Below, piece by piece: positions 39,923 through 49,538 of a DNA stretch of 64,000 nt; position 1 is the first letter of the stretch, and the number at the start of each line of letters is the position of its first letter. The notes below the pieces were generated by a model. That model did no database searches and had not been told where the DNA came from. It was given only the letters and a program-made list of their open reading frames with translations. The DNA is taken from contig CAVIDW010000002.1 in NCBI GenBank assembly GCA_963641945.1, positions 9,784 through 73,783 on the forward strand. Reading direction: 5' to 3'. Source of the stretch: a bacterium (GTDB taxonomy: Bacteria; Bacillota_I; Bacilli_A; RF39; UBA660). The position numbers and the translations under genes were made by a program.

Positions 39923-40558
39923 TTAATTTTTGTAATATAAGTTATAAAAATATGCGATTAATATTGCTCCAAATGAGTTTCCAAGTATCATTATTAATAC
40001 ATAAAGTAAAGCTTTCCAAGACCATGCATTTGCTATAGTTATGTATGCCATATTTGCTATACAGTGTTCAAATCCACATAATATAAATGTCATTACACAC
40101 ATAAATATTCCAATATATTTTCCTATTTCTGTTCCAACTTTTTTATAATTATTTACTGCTATATACATAAGTATTCCACAAAAAATAGATAATATAAATA
40201 TACTTAATAAATTATCATTTAGTTTTATATTGACTAAAGTTAATGCTTTTTCATTTATATTTGATACTCTTGTTAAAAGTATTAGTTTTCCAACTATAAA
40301 AGTACCTATAAAATTACCTAATAACCCTAGTAATAACTCATAAACATATTCAATTTTATTAATTAAAATATAACCTACTTTACCAGTATATAGATTCATA
40401 GCATACATACAAATAGTTAATAAGCCAATTGAAAAGAAAAATGAACCTAATACTTTATTTTCTAAACTTAAAAAAGCTATTGCTCCAATGCCTATCATAA
40501 ATCCTGCATAGATACCTTTTAATAAATAATCAACATATTTTCTTACTTTCTTTTTCAT
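39923..40558 (-). CDS. formate/nitrite transporter (FNT) family protein
   Basis: Six TM helices and the CGFEHCIANMAY motif. ATG at 40558 follows AGGTGA. Confidence 0.75.
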   Translation of the reverse strand: MKKKVRKYVDYLLKGIYAGFMIGIGAIAFLSLENKVLGSFFFSIGLLTICMYAMNLYTGKVGYILINKIEYVYELLLGLLGNFIGTFIVGKLILLTRVSNINEKALTLVNIKLNDNLLSIFILSIFCGILMYIAVNNYKKVGTEIGKYIGIFMCVMTFILCGFEHCIANMAYITIANAWSWKALLYVLIMILGNSFGAILIAYFYNLYYKN

Positions 40559-40620
40559 ATACTTCACCTATTATTAATAATTACATAAAAATAATAAATA
40601 ATCAATCAAATTGTTAAATA

Positions 40621-40649
40621 TGGACAAATTTAATATTTTTTGATATAAT
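40621..40649 (+). promoter_or_regulatory. rnj promoter
   Basis: TGGACA (40621-40626), 17 nt spacer, TGaTATAAT (hexamer at 40644-40649). Confidence 0.55.
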
Positions 40650-40686
40650 GTATTCAGTTATTTAGCTTTTCGAAGGGAATGATATT

Positions 40687-42378
40687 ATGAATAGTAAAGA
40701 CAAAGAAACTTTAGTCTGTGCTTTAGGTGGCTTAGGTGAAGTTGGAAAAAATATGTATGTTGTAATGCATGAAGATGAGTTATTTATTATAGATTGTGGA
40801 GTTATGTTTCCAGAAGATGATTTAATGGGAATTGATTATGTTTTAGCAGATTATACCATCCTTAAAAACATGCAAGATAAAATTAAAGGATTAATAATTA
40901 CTCATGGACATGAAGATCATATTGGTGGAATACCATTTTTATTACAAAATATATCTATACCAACTATTTATGCTCCTAGAGTTGCAGAAAAATTAATTAA
41001 GAAAAAATTATCTGAAAAGAACATACCATGTCCGAATGTGGTAACTGTTAATGAAGAATTAAATATTAAAACTAAAAATTTTGATATAGAATTCTTTACT
41101 ACCACTCACTCTATTCCAGATTCATTTGGAATGGCTATACATACTGTAAATGGTACTATTGTCGAAACAGGAGACTTTAAATTTGATTTTACACCTATTG
41201 GACCAGTTGCTAATATGGGTAAAATAGCTGATATTGGTAATAGAGGTGTTACTTTATTAATGAGTGATTCTACTAATGCTTTATTACCTGGATTTTCTAA
41301 TAGCGAATCAGTAGTTGATGAGGCTCTAGGTGAAATATTTGCTGAAAATACTAATTCTAGAATTATTTTAGCTACATTTGCTAGTAATATATATAGAATT
41401 ACACATATAGTTCAAACTTGTAAAGAAAATAATAGAAAAATTGTTGTTTTTGGAAGAAGTATGAATAATAGTATAGAGATTGCTACTGAATTTGGATATA
41501 TTAAAGACAAAGATATGTTTATTAGTAGTGAAGATGCTAATAAAATGGAACCTTCTAAAGTATGTTTATTATGTACTGGTTCTCAAGGAGAGCCTTTAGC
41601 TGCTTTATCTAGAATTGCTAATGGAAATGATAGAAATATTACTTTAATGCCAAGTGATACAGTTATATTTTCTAGTTCACCTATCCCAGGAAATGCTATG
41701 TCTATTAATAGAATTATAAATAAACTATATTTAAAAGGTGCTAAAGTATATACTAATGCTAGTGAATCTAATGTTCATACAAGTGGTCATGCTAGACAAG
41801 AAGAATTAAAATTATTATTAAGGCTTGTTAAACCAGCTTATTTTGCACCTATGCATGGTGAATATAGAATGCTTTCTTCTCATGCTAATTTAGCTACACT
41901 ATGTGGTGTACCAAAAGAAAACACATTCATTAATAAAAATGGAGATATACTTGCTATAAAAGATGAGAAAGTATATAGAAAAGGAAGTATTCCTATAAAT
42001 GATATATATGTAGATGGAAGTAGAATTGGTGATGTTGGAGTATCTATAATTAAAGATAGAAAAATAATGTCTACTGATGGAGTATTAATTGTTATATTAA
42101 ATATAGATTTAAAAAACAAAAAAATGTTAATTGAACCTAATATAACTACTCGTGGATTTGTGGTCGTTAATGATAATCAAGATTTAATTAAACAAATTCA
42201 AAATAAAACAAATATAGTTACTTTAAATGAACTTGAAAAAGATAATTTTACCTTAACTGATTTAAAAAATAGAATTATATTAGAAATTAATTCTTATGTT
42301 ATAGAATTAACTGGTAGAAGACCTATTATTATTCCAATGATATTAGATGTTAATAGTGAAGAAAAAATCTCAAATTAA
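40687..42378 (+). CDS. rnj: ribonuclease J
   Basis: 563 aa with GGLGEVGKNMY and ITHGHEDHIGG (beta-CASP metallo-beta-lactamase) and HTSGHARQEEL. Confidence 0.93.
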   Translation: MNSKDKETLVCALGGLGEVGKNMYVVMHEDELFIIDCGVMFPEDDLMGIDYVLADYTILKNMQDKIKGLIITHGHEDHIGGIPFLLQNISIPTIYAPRVAEKLIKKKLSEKNIPCPNVVTVNEELNIKTKNFDIEFFTTTHSIPDSFGMAIHTVNGTIVETGDFKFDFTPIGPVANMGKIADIGNRGVTLLMSDSTNALLPGFSNSESVVDEALGEIFAENTNSRIILATFASNIYRITHIVQTCKENNRKIVVFGRSMNNSIEIATEFGYIKDKDMFISSEDANKMEPSKVCLLCTGSQGEPLAALSRIANGNDRNITLMPSDTVIFSSSPIPGNAMSINRIINKLYLKGAKVYTNASESNVHTSGHARQEELKLLLRLVKPAYFAPMHGEYRMLSSHANLATLCGVPKENTFINKNGDILAIKDEKVYRKGSIPINDIYVDGSRIGDVGVSIIKDRKIMSTDGVLIVILNIDLKNKKMLIEPNITTRGFVVVNDNQDLIKQIQNKTNIVTLNELEKDNFTLTDLKNRIILEINSYVIELTGRRPIIIPMILDVNSEEKISN

Positions 42379-42390
42379 TGAGATTTTTTT
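42362..42390. terminator. bidirectional terminator
   Basis: AAAAAATCTCA-AATTAA-TGAGATTTTTTT spans the rnj stop. Confidence 0.65.
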
Positions 42391-43633
42391 AATTGTATTT
42401 TTTTCTTTCAAAAGTATATATTCTATTTTTATTTGTTAAATCTATATAATCTATTTTTATTCCATCTATTTTATTTGATAAATCTAATTCTCCTACAAGG
42501 AATCCAATATTTATTATTTCTTTTTCCGATTTCATATTTGATAGTGTTGGTACGATGAATCTTACATTTTTATCATCAAATTTACATCTATATTGATGTG
42601 TATGTCCAGAAAAACTTAATGATGTAGCTAATGGATAATTTGGATTTAGCATTTTTTTTATATCATGTTTTAAGGCTATATAATCATTTTTTACTTTAAT
42701 ATAACCATTTCTATATCCTAATGAAATAAAGTCGTTTCTTTCTTTTAAAACTTCATTTAAATCTATTCCTCTTACTTTTAATGATTTGACATCATGATTG
42801 CCTAAAAGAATAATGTTTTTAATACTTTCATCATAGCAATAATCATTTAATATATGTTCTATTTGTAAATAGATATTTCTGTATTTCCATTTGATTCTTT
42901 CAGATTCATAACACTCTTCTCCTTCAATTAAATCACCACAATGAAATATATATTTTATACCATTTTTAATTGCATAATCATATACTATTTCTAAATATTC
43001 TATTGATTCAAATATACTTCCAAAATGAGTATCTGAAATTACTATGAATTTAGGATAATTACTCTCTAATTCATATACTTGTTGAATTTTAGTATTTGAT
43101 ATAAACAATTCTTCTTTATGATTTGTAAATGTTGCATATTCATCTATTGAATTTATTACCATATTTTTTTCTTGTAATTTTTTTTCATGTTTTATATATA
43201 TAGTTGTTTGATTCAAACATTTTTTTATGAGTGAAATATACTTTTTTTCTTCTTCTATATTATACATATATATATCATAATAAATAGATTTTAATAATGC
43301 ATAACATTTACTTGGTGTCAAATTTAATATTATTGTTAAATCTTTAAATGTTCTATTTTTAGATAATAAATATAAAACTATTTTCTTTTTATCTTCACTA
43401 TAGTTTTTTATTAGTTTTTTATTAGTTTTCTTTTTTAGTGTTTCATTTATAGTTTTGATATATGGAAATCTTTGATCATCTAATTCTCTTACTATACTAC
43501 TTTTAATTTTAATGAGTAGTGATTTTAAATAGTGTCTATCTAAATTAGTGATAGCTATGATTTCATCTAAACTTTTACCTTCGTCAATTAATTCTAATAC
43601 AATATCAACTACATTAAATTTTGATTCCTGCAT
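42389..43633 (-). CDS. metallophosphoesterase with about 190-aa N-terminal extension carrying two HTH-like modules
   Basis: The C-terminal half has VISDTHFG, CGDLIEG, LGNHD and GHTH. The N-terminus has two similar segments (SLDEIIAITNLDRHYLKSLL, TFKDLTIILNLTPSKCYALL). Confidence 0.65.
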   Translation of the reverse strand: MQESKFNVVDIVLELIDEGKSLDEIIAITNLDRHYLKSLLIKIKSSIVRELDDQRFPYIKTINETLKKKTNKKLIKNYSEDKKKIVLYLLSKNRTFKDLTIILNLTPSKCYALLKSIYYDIYMYNIEEEKKYISLIKKCLNQTTIYIKHEKKLQEKNMVINSIDEYATFTNHKEELFISNTKIQQVYELESNYPKFIVISDTHFGSIFESIEYLEIVYDYAIKNGIKYIFHCGDLIEGEECYESERIKWKYRNIYLQIEHILNDYCYDESIKNIILLGNHDVKSLKVRGIDLNEVLKERNDFISLGYRNGYIKVKNDYIALKHDIKKMLNPNYPLATSLSFSGHTHQYRCKFDDKNVRFIVPTLSNMKSEKEIINIGFLVGELDLSNKIDGIKIDYIDLTNKNRIYTFERKKYN

Positions 43634-43653
43634 AAACACCTCATATTAATGAT

Positions 43654-45105
43654 TTATTTCATTAAATAAATAAGACCATCTTCTTTAATTATAAAAAAAT
43701 CATTTGTTAAGTCTAAAAATACAGGATATTTATAATTTGTTTCTTTTGTTGTTAAATATCCAAATTCACTTAATGATGGTAATACTATTTCTGTGAATGA
43801 ATTTTTAAGTTTATTTAAATATTCATCAGTATTATCCATATTTTCTTTAGTTATATAATTACTATAATATATTTTTGAAGTGTTTCCATCATTACTATGA
43901 ATCAAAATTAAATATTCATTTTCTTCTTCTATTACTTCGTAGTCATAATTATATACATCTTCATATTCTAATTCTATTTTATATCCTGTGTTAACATTCT
44001 TTATATATATTTTTTTATTTTCTCTATAAAGTTCAAATTCAAAATCTATAGTGTCATATACTTTAATTGGTTCTTCGCCAATTGTATTATATTGTACTTC
44101 ATCTACTTTATAATTTATTTTATATTTTTTTTGATATGGATAATGTACTGTGAAATCTTTTAACATTTCTGTACTTGTGTATTCATAGCAAACTTCAGTG
44201 TCTTTATATCCTTTAATTAATTTATCAAATGGTATAAACATGCATGAGAATGTAATTATTAATGCTAACACTATTGTGCTAGTATCTTTTGTTTTTTTAG
44301 ATTTTTCTTTTAAGTCTGTTTGCATTAATACTAGTACTCCAGACAATATAAAGTATATAATTAATATTAATAAACTAATTAATAAAACTATGCTTGTTGG
44401 TAAATTTGGTAATGTATAAGTACAATTTTTTATTAAATTTACTTCTCCTAAAAATATTGAGAAATCATATAATCCATGTAGAAAAGCAACTGTCCATATA
44501 TTTTTTGTTTTATAATAAATGCTTCCAAACATAAATCCGATTGCTGTTGCTTGTAATACTTGAAGTAATGTTGTGAATGCATCTTGTATTGCTATATTTA
44601 CTAAGTGAATTATTCCAAATATGCATGAAGATAATATTATGGATAAAATTATATGTTTTTTATCATAACCATATCTTTCAATAAACTCATTTTGAACCCA
44701 TCCTCTACACATGAATTCTTCTGCTATTCCAACAAATGCACATAAAAGTAATGCATTTATAAGATTTCCGACTGTAACATTATGTAGTTGTCCTAAATTT
44801 TCTAAAAAAATTAAACCAGTTATTATGAACATTGGAATACAATATTTTAACGATTTAATAAACTTTGTTTTATCATTTGTAAATACATATGAATTTTTAA
44901 ATAGAAGCATAACAATGAGCATTATTATTGCATAGAATATTTCTGATAAAAGTTCTCCACCATATTTAAAGTTATTAACTCCATATACATATATATTAAT
45001 AAACAAAATTGATATAAAATCTATTATTATAAATATTAAAAACATTTTAATAAAAAATAAAAATATGTGTTTTGATTTTTTCTCTTCCTTTTTAGTTTCT
45101 TTCAT
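43654..45105 (-). CDS. CPBP (CAAX/Abi) family intramembrane protease with long C-terminal extension
   Basis: GIAEEFMCRGW, FGIIH and HGLYD motifs, followed by two more TM helices and a soluble domain of about 200 aa. Confidence 0.75.
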   Translation of the reverse strand: MKETKKEEKKSKHIFLFFIKMFLIFIIIDFISILFINIYVYGVNNFKYGGELLSEIFYAIIMLIVMLLFKNSYVFTNDKTKFIKSLKYCIPMFIITGLIFLENLGQLHNVTVGNLINALLLCAFVGIAEEFMCRGWVQNEFIERYGYDKKHIILSIILSSCIFGIIHLVNIAIQDAFTTLLQVLQATAIGFMFGSIYYKTKNIWTVAFLHGLYDFSIFLGEVNLIKNCTYTLPNLPTSIVLLISLLILIIYFILSGVLVLMQTDLKEKSKKTKDTSTIVLALIITFSCMFIPFDKLIKGYKDTEVCYEYTSTEMLKDFTVHYPYQKKYKINYKVDEVQYNTIGEEPIKVYDTIDFEFELYRENKKIYIKNVNTGYKIELEYEDVYNYDYEVIEEENEYLILIHSNDGNTSKIYYSNYITKENMDNTDEYLNKLKNSFTEIVLPSLSEFGYLTTKETNYKYPVFLDLTNDFFIIKEDGLIYLMK

Positions 45106-45143
45106 TTTAATCATCCTCTATTGTAAATATAATAGCATACAAA

Positions 45144-45163
45144 AAGCACTTTTGAAAGTGCTT
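45144..45163. terminator. terminator after the GGGtGRT gene
   Basis: AAGCACTTT-TG-AAAGTGCTT flanked by A and T runs. Confidence 0.6.
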
Positions 45164-45169
45164 ATTTTT

Positions 45170-46168
45170 TTATTTAAATGCTTCTTCTACAGCTACTGCA
45201 ACTGATACTGTAGCACCAACCATAGGGTTATTTCCCATTCCAATTAATCCCATCATTTCTACATGAGCTGGTACTGAACTTGATCCTGCAAATTGAGCAT
45301 CACTATGCATTCTACCCATAGTATCTGTCATACCATATGAAGCAGGTCCTGCAGCCATATTATCTGGATGTAATGTTCTTCCTGTTCCACCACCTGAAGC
45401 AACTGAGAAATACTTTTTACCTATTTCAATACATTCTTTTTTATAAGTTCCTGCAACTGGATGTTGAAAACGTGTTGGATTAGTAGAGTTACCTGTAATA
45501 GATACATCTACTCCTTCTAAATGCATTATAGCTACACCTTCTCTAACATCATTTGCTCCATAACAACGTACTTTGCTTCTTTCACCATCTGAATATTTAA
45601 TTTCTTCAACGACTTTTACTTTTCCTGTAAAGAAATCAAAGTCAGTTTTTACATAAGTAAATCCATTTATTCTTGATATTATTTGAGCAGCATCTTTTCC
45701 CAAACCATTTAATATAACTCTTAATGGTTCTTTTCTTACTTTGTTAGCACTTTTAGCAATACCAATTGCTCCTTCTGCTGCTGCAAAAGATTCATGTCCT
45801 GCTAAGAATGCAAAACATTTAGTATCTTCACTTAATAACATTGATGCTAAATTTCCATGTCCTAATCCTACTTTTCTATCATCAGCTACACTTCCTGGAA
45901 TACAAAATGCTTGCAATCCTTCTCCAATAGCTTTAGCTGCTTCACTAGCTTTAGTTCTTCCACTTTTAATAGCTATTGCTGCTCCTAATGTATAAGCCCA
46001 ACAAGCATTTTCAAAACAAATTGGTTGAATTCCTTTTACTATTTCATATGGATCAAATCCTTTTTCTTTGCATAGATTTCTTGCTTCTTCAAAATCTTTT
46101 ATATCATATTTATCCATAACTTTTTGAATTTGTGGAATTCTTCTTTCATAACTTTCAAATAATGCCAT
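45170..46168 (-). CDS. GGGtGRT family protein (function unknown)
   Basis: 332 aa containing the literal motif SVASGGGTGRTLHPDN. It is Gly/Ala-rich and resembles the family named after this motif. Confidence 0.8.
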   Translation of the reverse strand: MALFESYERRIPQIQKVMDKYDIKDFEEARNLCKEKGFDPYEIVKGIQPICFENACWAYTLGAAIAIKSGRTKASEAAKAIGEGLQAFCIPGSVADDRKVGLGHGNLASMLLSEDTKCFAFLAGHESFAAAEGAIGIAKSANKVRKEPLRVILNGLGKDAAQIISRINGFTYVKTDFDFFTGKVKVVEEIKYSDGERSKVRCYGANDVREGVAIMHLEGVDVSITGNSTNPTRFQHPVAGTYKKECIEIGKKYFSVASGGGTGRTLHPDNMAAGPASYGMTDTMGRMHSDAQFAGSSSVPAHVEMMGLIGMGNNPMVGATVSVAVAVEEAFK

Positions 46169-46172
46169 TATA

Positions 46173-46865
46173 TTACTCCTTTCTTGGATCGATTTTCTTT
46201 ACAGCTTCATCGAATCTTCCATAAGTACCACTGGCTTTTTCTATCGCCTCCATAGGTTCAATACCTTTTTTGATATTTTCCATCATTTTTCCTAAGTTAA
46301 CATATTTATATCCAATGATTTCATCATTTTTATCTAATCCTATTTCAACGATATATCCTTCAGCTAATTCTAAATATCTTGGACCTTTAGATACAGTTGA
46401 ATAAATTGTTCCAACTTGACTTCTTGTTCCTTTTCCTAAATCTTCTAGTCCAGCACCAATTGCAAGTCCTCCTTCAGAGAAAGCAGATTGGCTACGGCCA
46501 TATACTATTTGTAAGAATAATTCTCTCATAGCAGTATTAATTGCATCACATACTAAATCTGTATTTAATGCTTCTAAAATAGTTTTACCAACTAGTATTT
46601 CTCCTGCCATTGCAGCACTATGTGTCATACCTGAGCATCCTATTGTTTCAACAAGTGCTTCTTGTATTATTCCTTCCTTGATATTTAGTGTAAGTTTGCA
46701 TGCTCCTTGTTGAGGTGCACACCATCCGATACCATGTGTAAGACCAGAAATATCTTTAATTTCTTTTGCTTGAACCCATTTGCCTTCTTCTGGGATTGGA
46801 GCACATCCATGATTTGCGCCTTTAGCAACTTTACACATTTCTTCTACTTCTTTTGTATAAATCAT
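46173..46865 (-). CDS. NifU/IscU-like Fe-S scaffold-domain protein with C-terminal extension
   Basis: The N-terminal half has Cys in GWCAPQQGAC, ETIGCSGMTHSAAMAGE and LVCDAIN. It lies 4 nt upstream of the GGGtGRT gene. Confidence 0.65.
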   Translation of the reverse strand: MIYTKEVEEMCKVAKGANHGCAPIPEEGKWVQAKEIKDISGLTHGIGWCAPQQGACKLTLNIKEGIIQEALVETIGCSGMTHSAAMAGEILVGKTILEALNTDLVCDAINTAMRELFLQIVYGRSQSAFSEGGLAIGAGLEDLGKGTRSQVGTIYSTVSKGPRYLELAEGYIVEIGLDKNDEIIGYKYVNLGKMMENIKKGIEPMEAIEKASGTYGRFDEAVKKIDPRKE

Positions 46866-46982
46866 TTTTTCCTCCTATCTCTATACACTGTTACATATAT
46901 AAATTATATCATATAAATTTAAAAATTATTTAATTTTGTTTAAATTAATGTTATCATATTCTTGCTTGTTTAGGAGGAATAC

Positions 46983-47492
46983 ATGAAAAAGAAAAATTTA
47001 TTAACAACTAGTGCTATTTTATCGACTATATTGAACGTTAAAGGTGTTTATGAATATTTCTTATTGCTAGGAAATAATGGATATAAAATTGATTATGAAA
47101 ATATTATTAAAAATAATGAGGAAATCAAAGAATGCTTATTTAATAATAAAAAATCTAAATTATTAATTGCTAAAAATATTCTTCAATCTTTATTACCTAG
47201 TTTTAATATTTATATGTCTAGAAAAGGTAAGAATTTAGATAAAATTACTAAAAATGAAAATATTATACGTATGAATCCTAATGAAATTAAATGTTATCAG
47301 CAAATGGAAAATAATGTAGATAAAATTATATTTATAGTTGTAACTTCTAGTAGTAAAGATATTAATCCTAATGAGGTTTTTGATTTTATTATTAAATTAA
47401 GAGCAAATATAAAAGAAAAAACACTTAGTATTCAAAATAAAATAAGTAATCAAAAATCATTTAATTTAAGAAAAAAGTTTAAAGAAAAATAA
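46983..47492 (+). CDS. hypothetical protein (169 aa)
   Basis: Intact ORF with AGGAGGA RBS. No motif recognised. Confidence 0.5.
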   Translation: MKKKNLLTTSAILSTILNVKGVYEYFLLLGNNGYKIDYENIIKNNEEIKECLFNNKKSKLLIAKNILQSLLPSFNIYMSRKGKNLDKITKNENIIRMNPNEIKCYQQMENNVDKIIFIVVTSSSKDINPNEVFDFIIKLRANIKEKTLSIQNKISNQKSFNLRKKFKEK

Positions 47493-47525
47493 GAATATAT
47501 CACAAAAAACTTTCATTATTGAAAG

Positions 47526-47891
47526 TTATTTTTCATATGGATAATTATTCTTATCGTTATTGGTATCTTGTATTAAATAATATAACAAAATAAATGGACC
47601 AACTGGTAGGAAAAATATTACAAAGCAATATAATCCTGATTTATTAATATCGTGTAATCTTCTTACCAAAATTGATAATGATGGTATTAAATTTGTCATT
47701 ACAAATATACCAAATAATAATCCAAATGTTGGTTTTGATGTATTTCCTGAACTATTGATAACTAAATCCATAAATCCTGTACAAAATAAAAGAACTGTAT
47801 TCCATAAAAATATTATCCAATAATTTCTTCTAGATGTTCTTCCATCAAAATTTGAATAATTTTTCCAATATTTTTTGTATACATCTATCAT
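47526..47891 (-). CDS. DUF805 family membrane protein
   Basis: GRTSRRNYW...RRLHDINKSG, the signature of DUF805. Confidence 0.75.
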   Translation of the reverse strand: MIDVYKKYWKNYSNFDGRTSRRNYWIIFLWNTVLLFCTGFMDLVINSSGNTSKPTFGLLFGIFVMTNLIPSLSILVRRLHDINKSGLYCFVIFFLPVGPFILLYYLIQDTNNDKNNYPYEK

Positions 47892-47893
47892 AT

Positions 47894-48421
47894 TTATTTC
47901 TTATCTTCTTCTTTTGATTCTAACATCTTTAATATTTTGTTTTGAGTTGACGATATTTTTCTCATTTGATCATGTAATTCTTCTAAAATTAATTCACTTT
48001 TTAAATCTGTTTTATAATCATTCTTTCCTCTTAGAGAGTCTTTTTTAGCTGCTCTATTTTGGCTCATCATAATTACTGGTGCTTGAAGTGCTGCTACACA
48101 TGACAATACTAAATTTAATAGTATAAATGGATATGGGTCAAATGAGTCTCCTTTTTTTGCAACTAATAAAATATTTACTCCCATCCATAAAGCTAATATA
48201 ACTATAAAAGAAATAATAAATCCCCAACTACCACATATTTCTGTTACTTTATCTGCAATTTTATCTCCTATAGTCTCGTTTTCTAAAACAAGTCTATCAA
48301 CATCTATTGCTATTGGTTCATTAAATAATATTTCCATTAATTGTTCTTCATCTTCATTTTCTAATTCTTTATTTTTTAATAACATCTTAACTATATCTTT
48401 TTTTGTTTTTACTTGCGCCAT
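47894..48421 (-). CDS. DUF1003 family membrane protein
   Basis: FDPYPFILLNLVLSCVAALQAPVIMMSQNR. Confidence 0.75.
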   Translation of the reverse strand: MAQVKTKKDIVKMLLKNKELENEDEEQLMEILFNEPIAIDVDRLVLENETIGDKIADKVTEICGSWGFIISFIVILALWMGVNILLVAKKGDSFDPYPFILLNLVLSCVAALQAPVIMMSQNRAAKKDSLRGKNDYKTDLKSELILEELHDQMRKISSTQNKILKMLESKEEDKK

Positions 48422-48479
48422 AATTATACCTCTTCTATTTTATTTATATATTTATTATACATTTTTTATTTCTTTTTAA

Positions 48480-48719
48480 CTACTTTTTTCTTTGAATTTT
48501 TTTATTTATTTTCTTTTCTTTTGGAATTGGATATTCGTTCATGTCAGCAAAAGATTTAAATGGATCTATACTTGAATTTATAATATTTATTTTTTCTTTA
48601 TATTTGCTTATATTACATTCTAATAATTTTTTATATTCATCATTTGATAATATTGTTTCTATATTTATTTTGCTTAGACCACATGCTTCTAAATACTTTT
48701 TTATTTCTTCTTTTTTCAT
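48480..48719 (-). CDS. hypothetical small protein
   Basis: Start MKKEEIKKYLE follows GGAGGA. The track extension to 48770 lacks an RBS. Confidence 0.45.
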   Translation of the reverse strand: MKKEEIKKYLEACGLSKINIETILSNDEYKKLLECNISKYKEKINIINSSIDPFKSFADMNEYPIPKEKKINKKIQRKK

Positions 48720-48794
48720 TATTCCTCCAATTATAATATTATCATAATTTAACCAAGAAAAAAAGTCCATATAATGGACTTCAATTAACCTAAT

Positions 48795-48871
48795 TGGTGG
48801 AGAATGTGGGACTTGAACCCGCGACCTCCTGCGTGCAAGGCAGATGCTCTAGCCAACTGAGCTAATTCCCC
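48795..48871 (-). tRNA. tRNA-Ala (anticodon UGC)
   Basis: The minus strand reads GGGGAATTAGCTCAGTTGGCTAGAGCATCTGCCTTGCACGCAGGAGGTCGCGGGTTCAAGTCCCACATTCTCCACCA. G3:U70 identity pair, anticodon loop CTTGCAC, CCA encoded. Confidence 0.93.
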
Positions 48872-48907
48872 AATAGGTAGGCACTTGATAACAATCAAGC
48901 GTATTAA

Positions 48908-48936
48908 TATTATCATACCGATTGGGTTAAAGTCAA
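48908..48936 (-). promoter_or_regulatory. tRNA-Ala promoter
   Basis: The minus strand reads TTGACT (48936-48931), 17 nt spacer, ATAATA preceded by TG. Confidence 0.6.
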
Positions 48937-48947
48937 GTAATTTTTAC

Positions 48948-49535
48948 CTATTTAATTAAAATATTCATTATTTCTAGCCCAACTTTGATACTATCATGCC
49001 TAATTACATCATTTTCTATTTTTATAAATAGGGGGTTGATATTAGTGATTTTTATATTTTCTCCATCAATTTTGACTAAATCTTTTTGATCTAGTGTGTC
49101 ATATTTTTTTGAACTTTTTTACTTATTTTTTCACTATTTGTTATCACTATATCTATTTTTCTTTTTCCTAAATAACTATTTAATAATAGTTCATTTTTGG
49201 TTTAAAATTTTCCTTATTTGTTTAATACCATTAAGCATATTTCCAGTTATATTGCTTAACTCAGTTAATATTATATTTCCAATTGTATGCCCTTCTAATT
49301 CATTATTTGATTTAAATCTATAATTCACTAGTTCCCTTACCTTATCTTCTGTTTTTGATAATGAAATTAGTACTCTTCTTATATCTCTCATTGCAAGTAT
49401 TTTAAAAACTTTTCTAAGTTTTCCTGTGCTTCTTCCATCATCGCAAACACTAACAACAGCTGTTATATCAAACGTAAACTTTTTAAATCCTCCAAGTAAT
49501 ACTGATTGTCCTGTTCCTCCACCTAATACAACCAT
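48948..49535 (-). pseudogene. yvcK: degraded yvcK (CofD-like gluconeogenesis/cell-shape factor) remnant
   Basis: The N-terminal 114 aa (VVLGGGTGQSVLLGG..DITAVVSVCDDGRSTG..) end at a TGA. The C-terminal homology (LGKRKIDIVITNSEKISKKV / KKYDTLDQKDLVKIDGE...VIRHDSIKVGLEIMNIL) continues in two other frames across an A7 run. The central part of about 130 aa is missing. Confidence 0.75.
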
Positions 49536-49538
49536 TTT

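Noticed and set aside
49191-49535. 114-aa ORF treated as an intact small gene
   Set aside because: It is the N-terminal third of a YvcK-type protein, and the C-terminal homology continues out of frame immediately downstream. I therefore call it a pseudogene.
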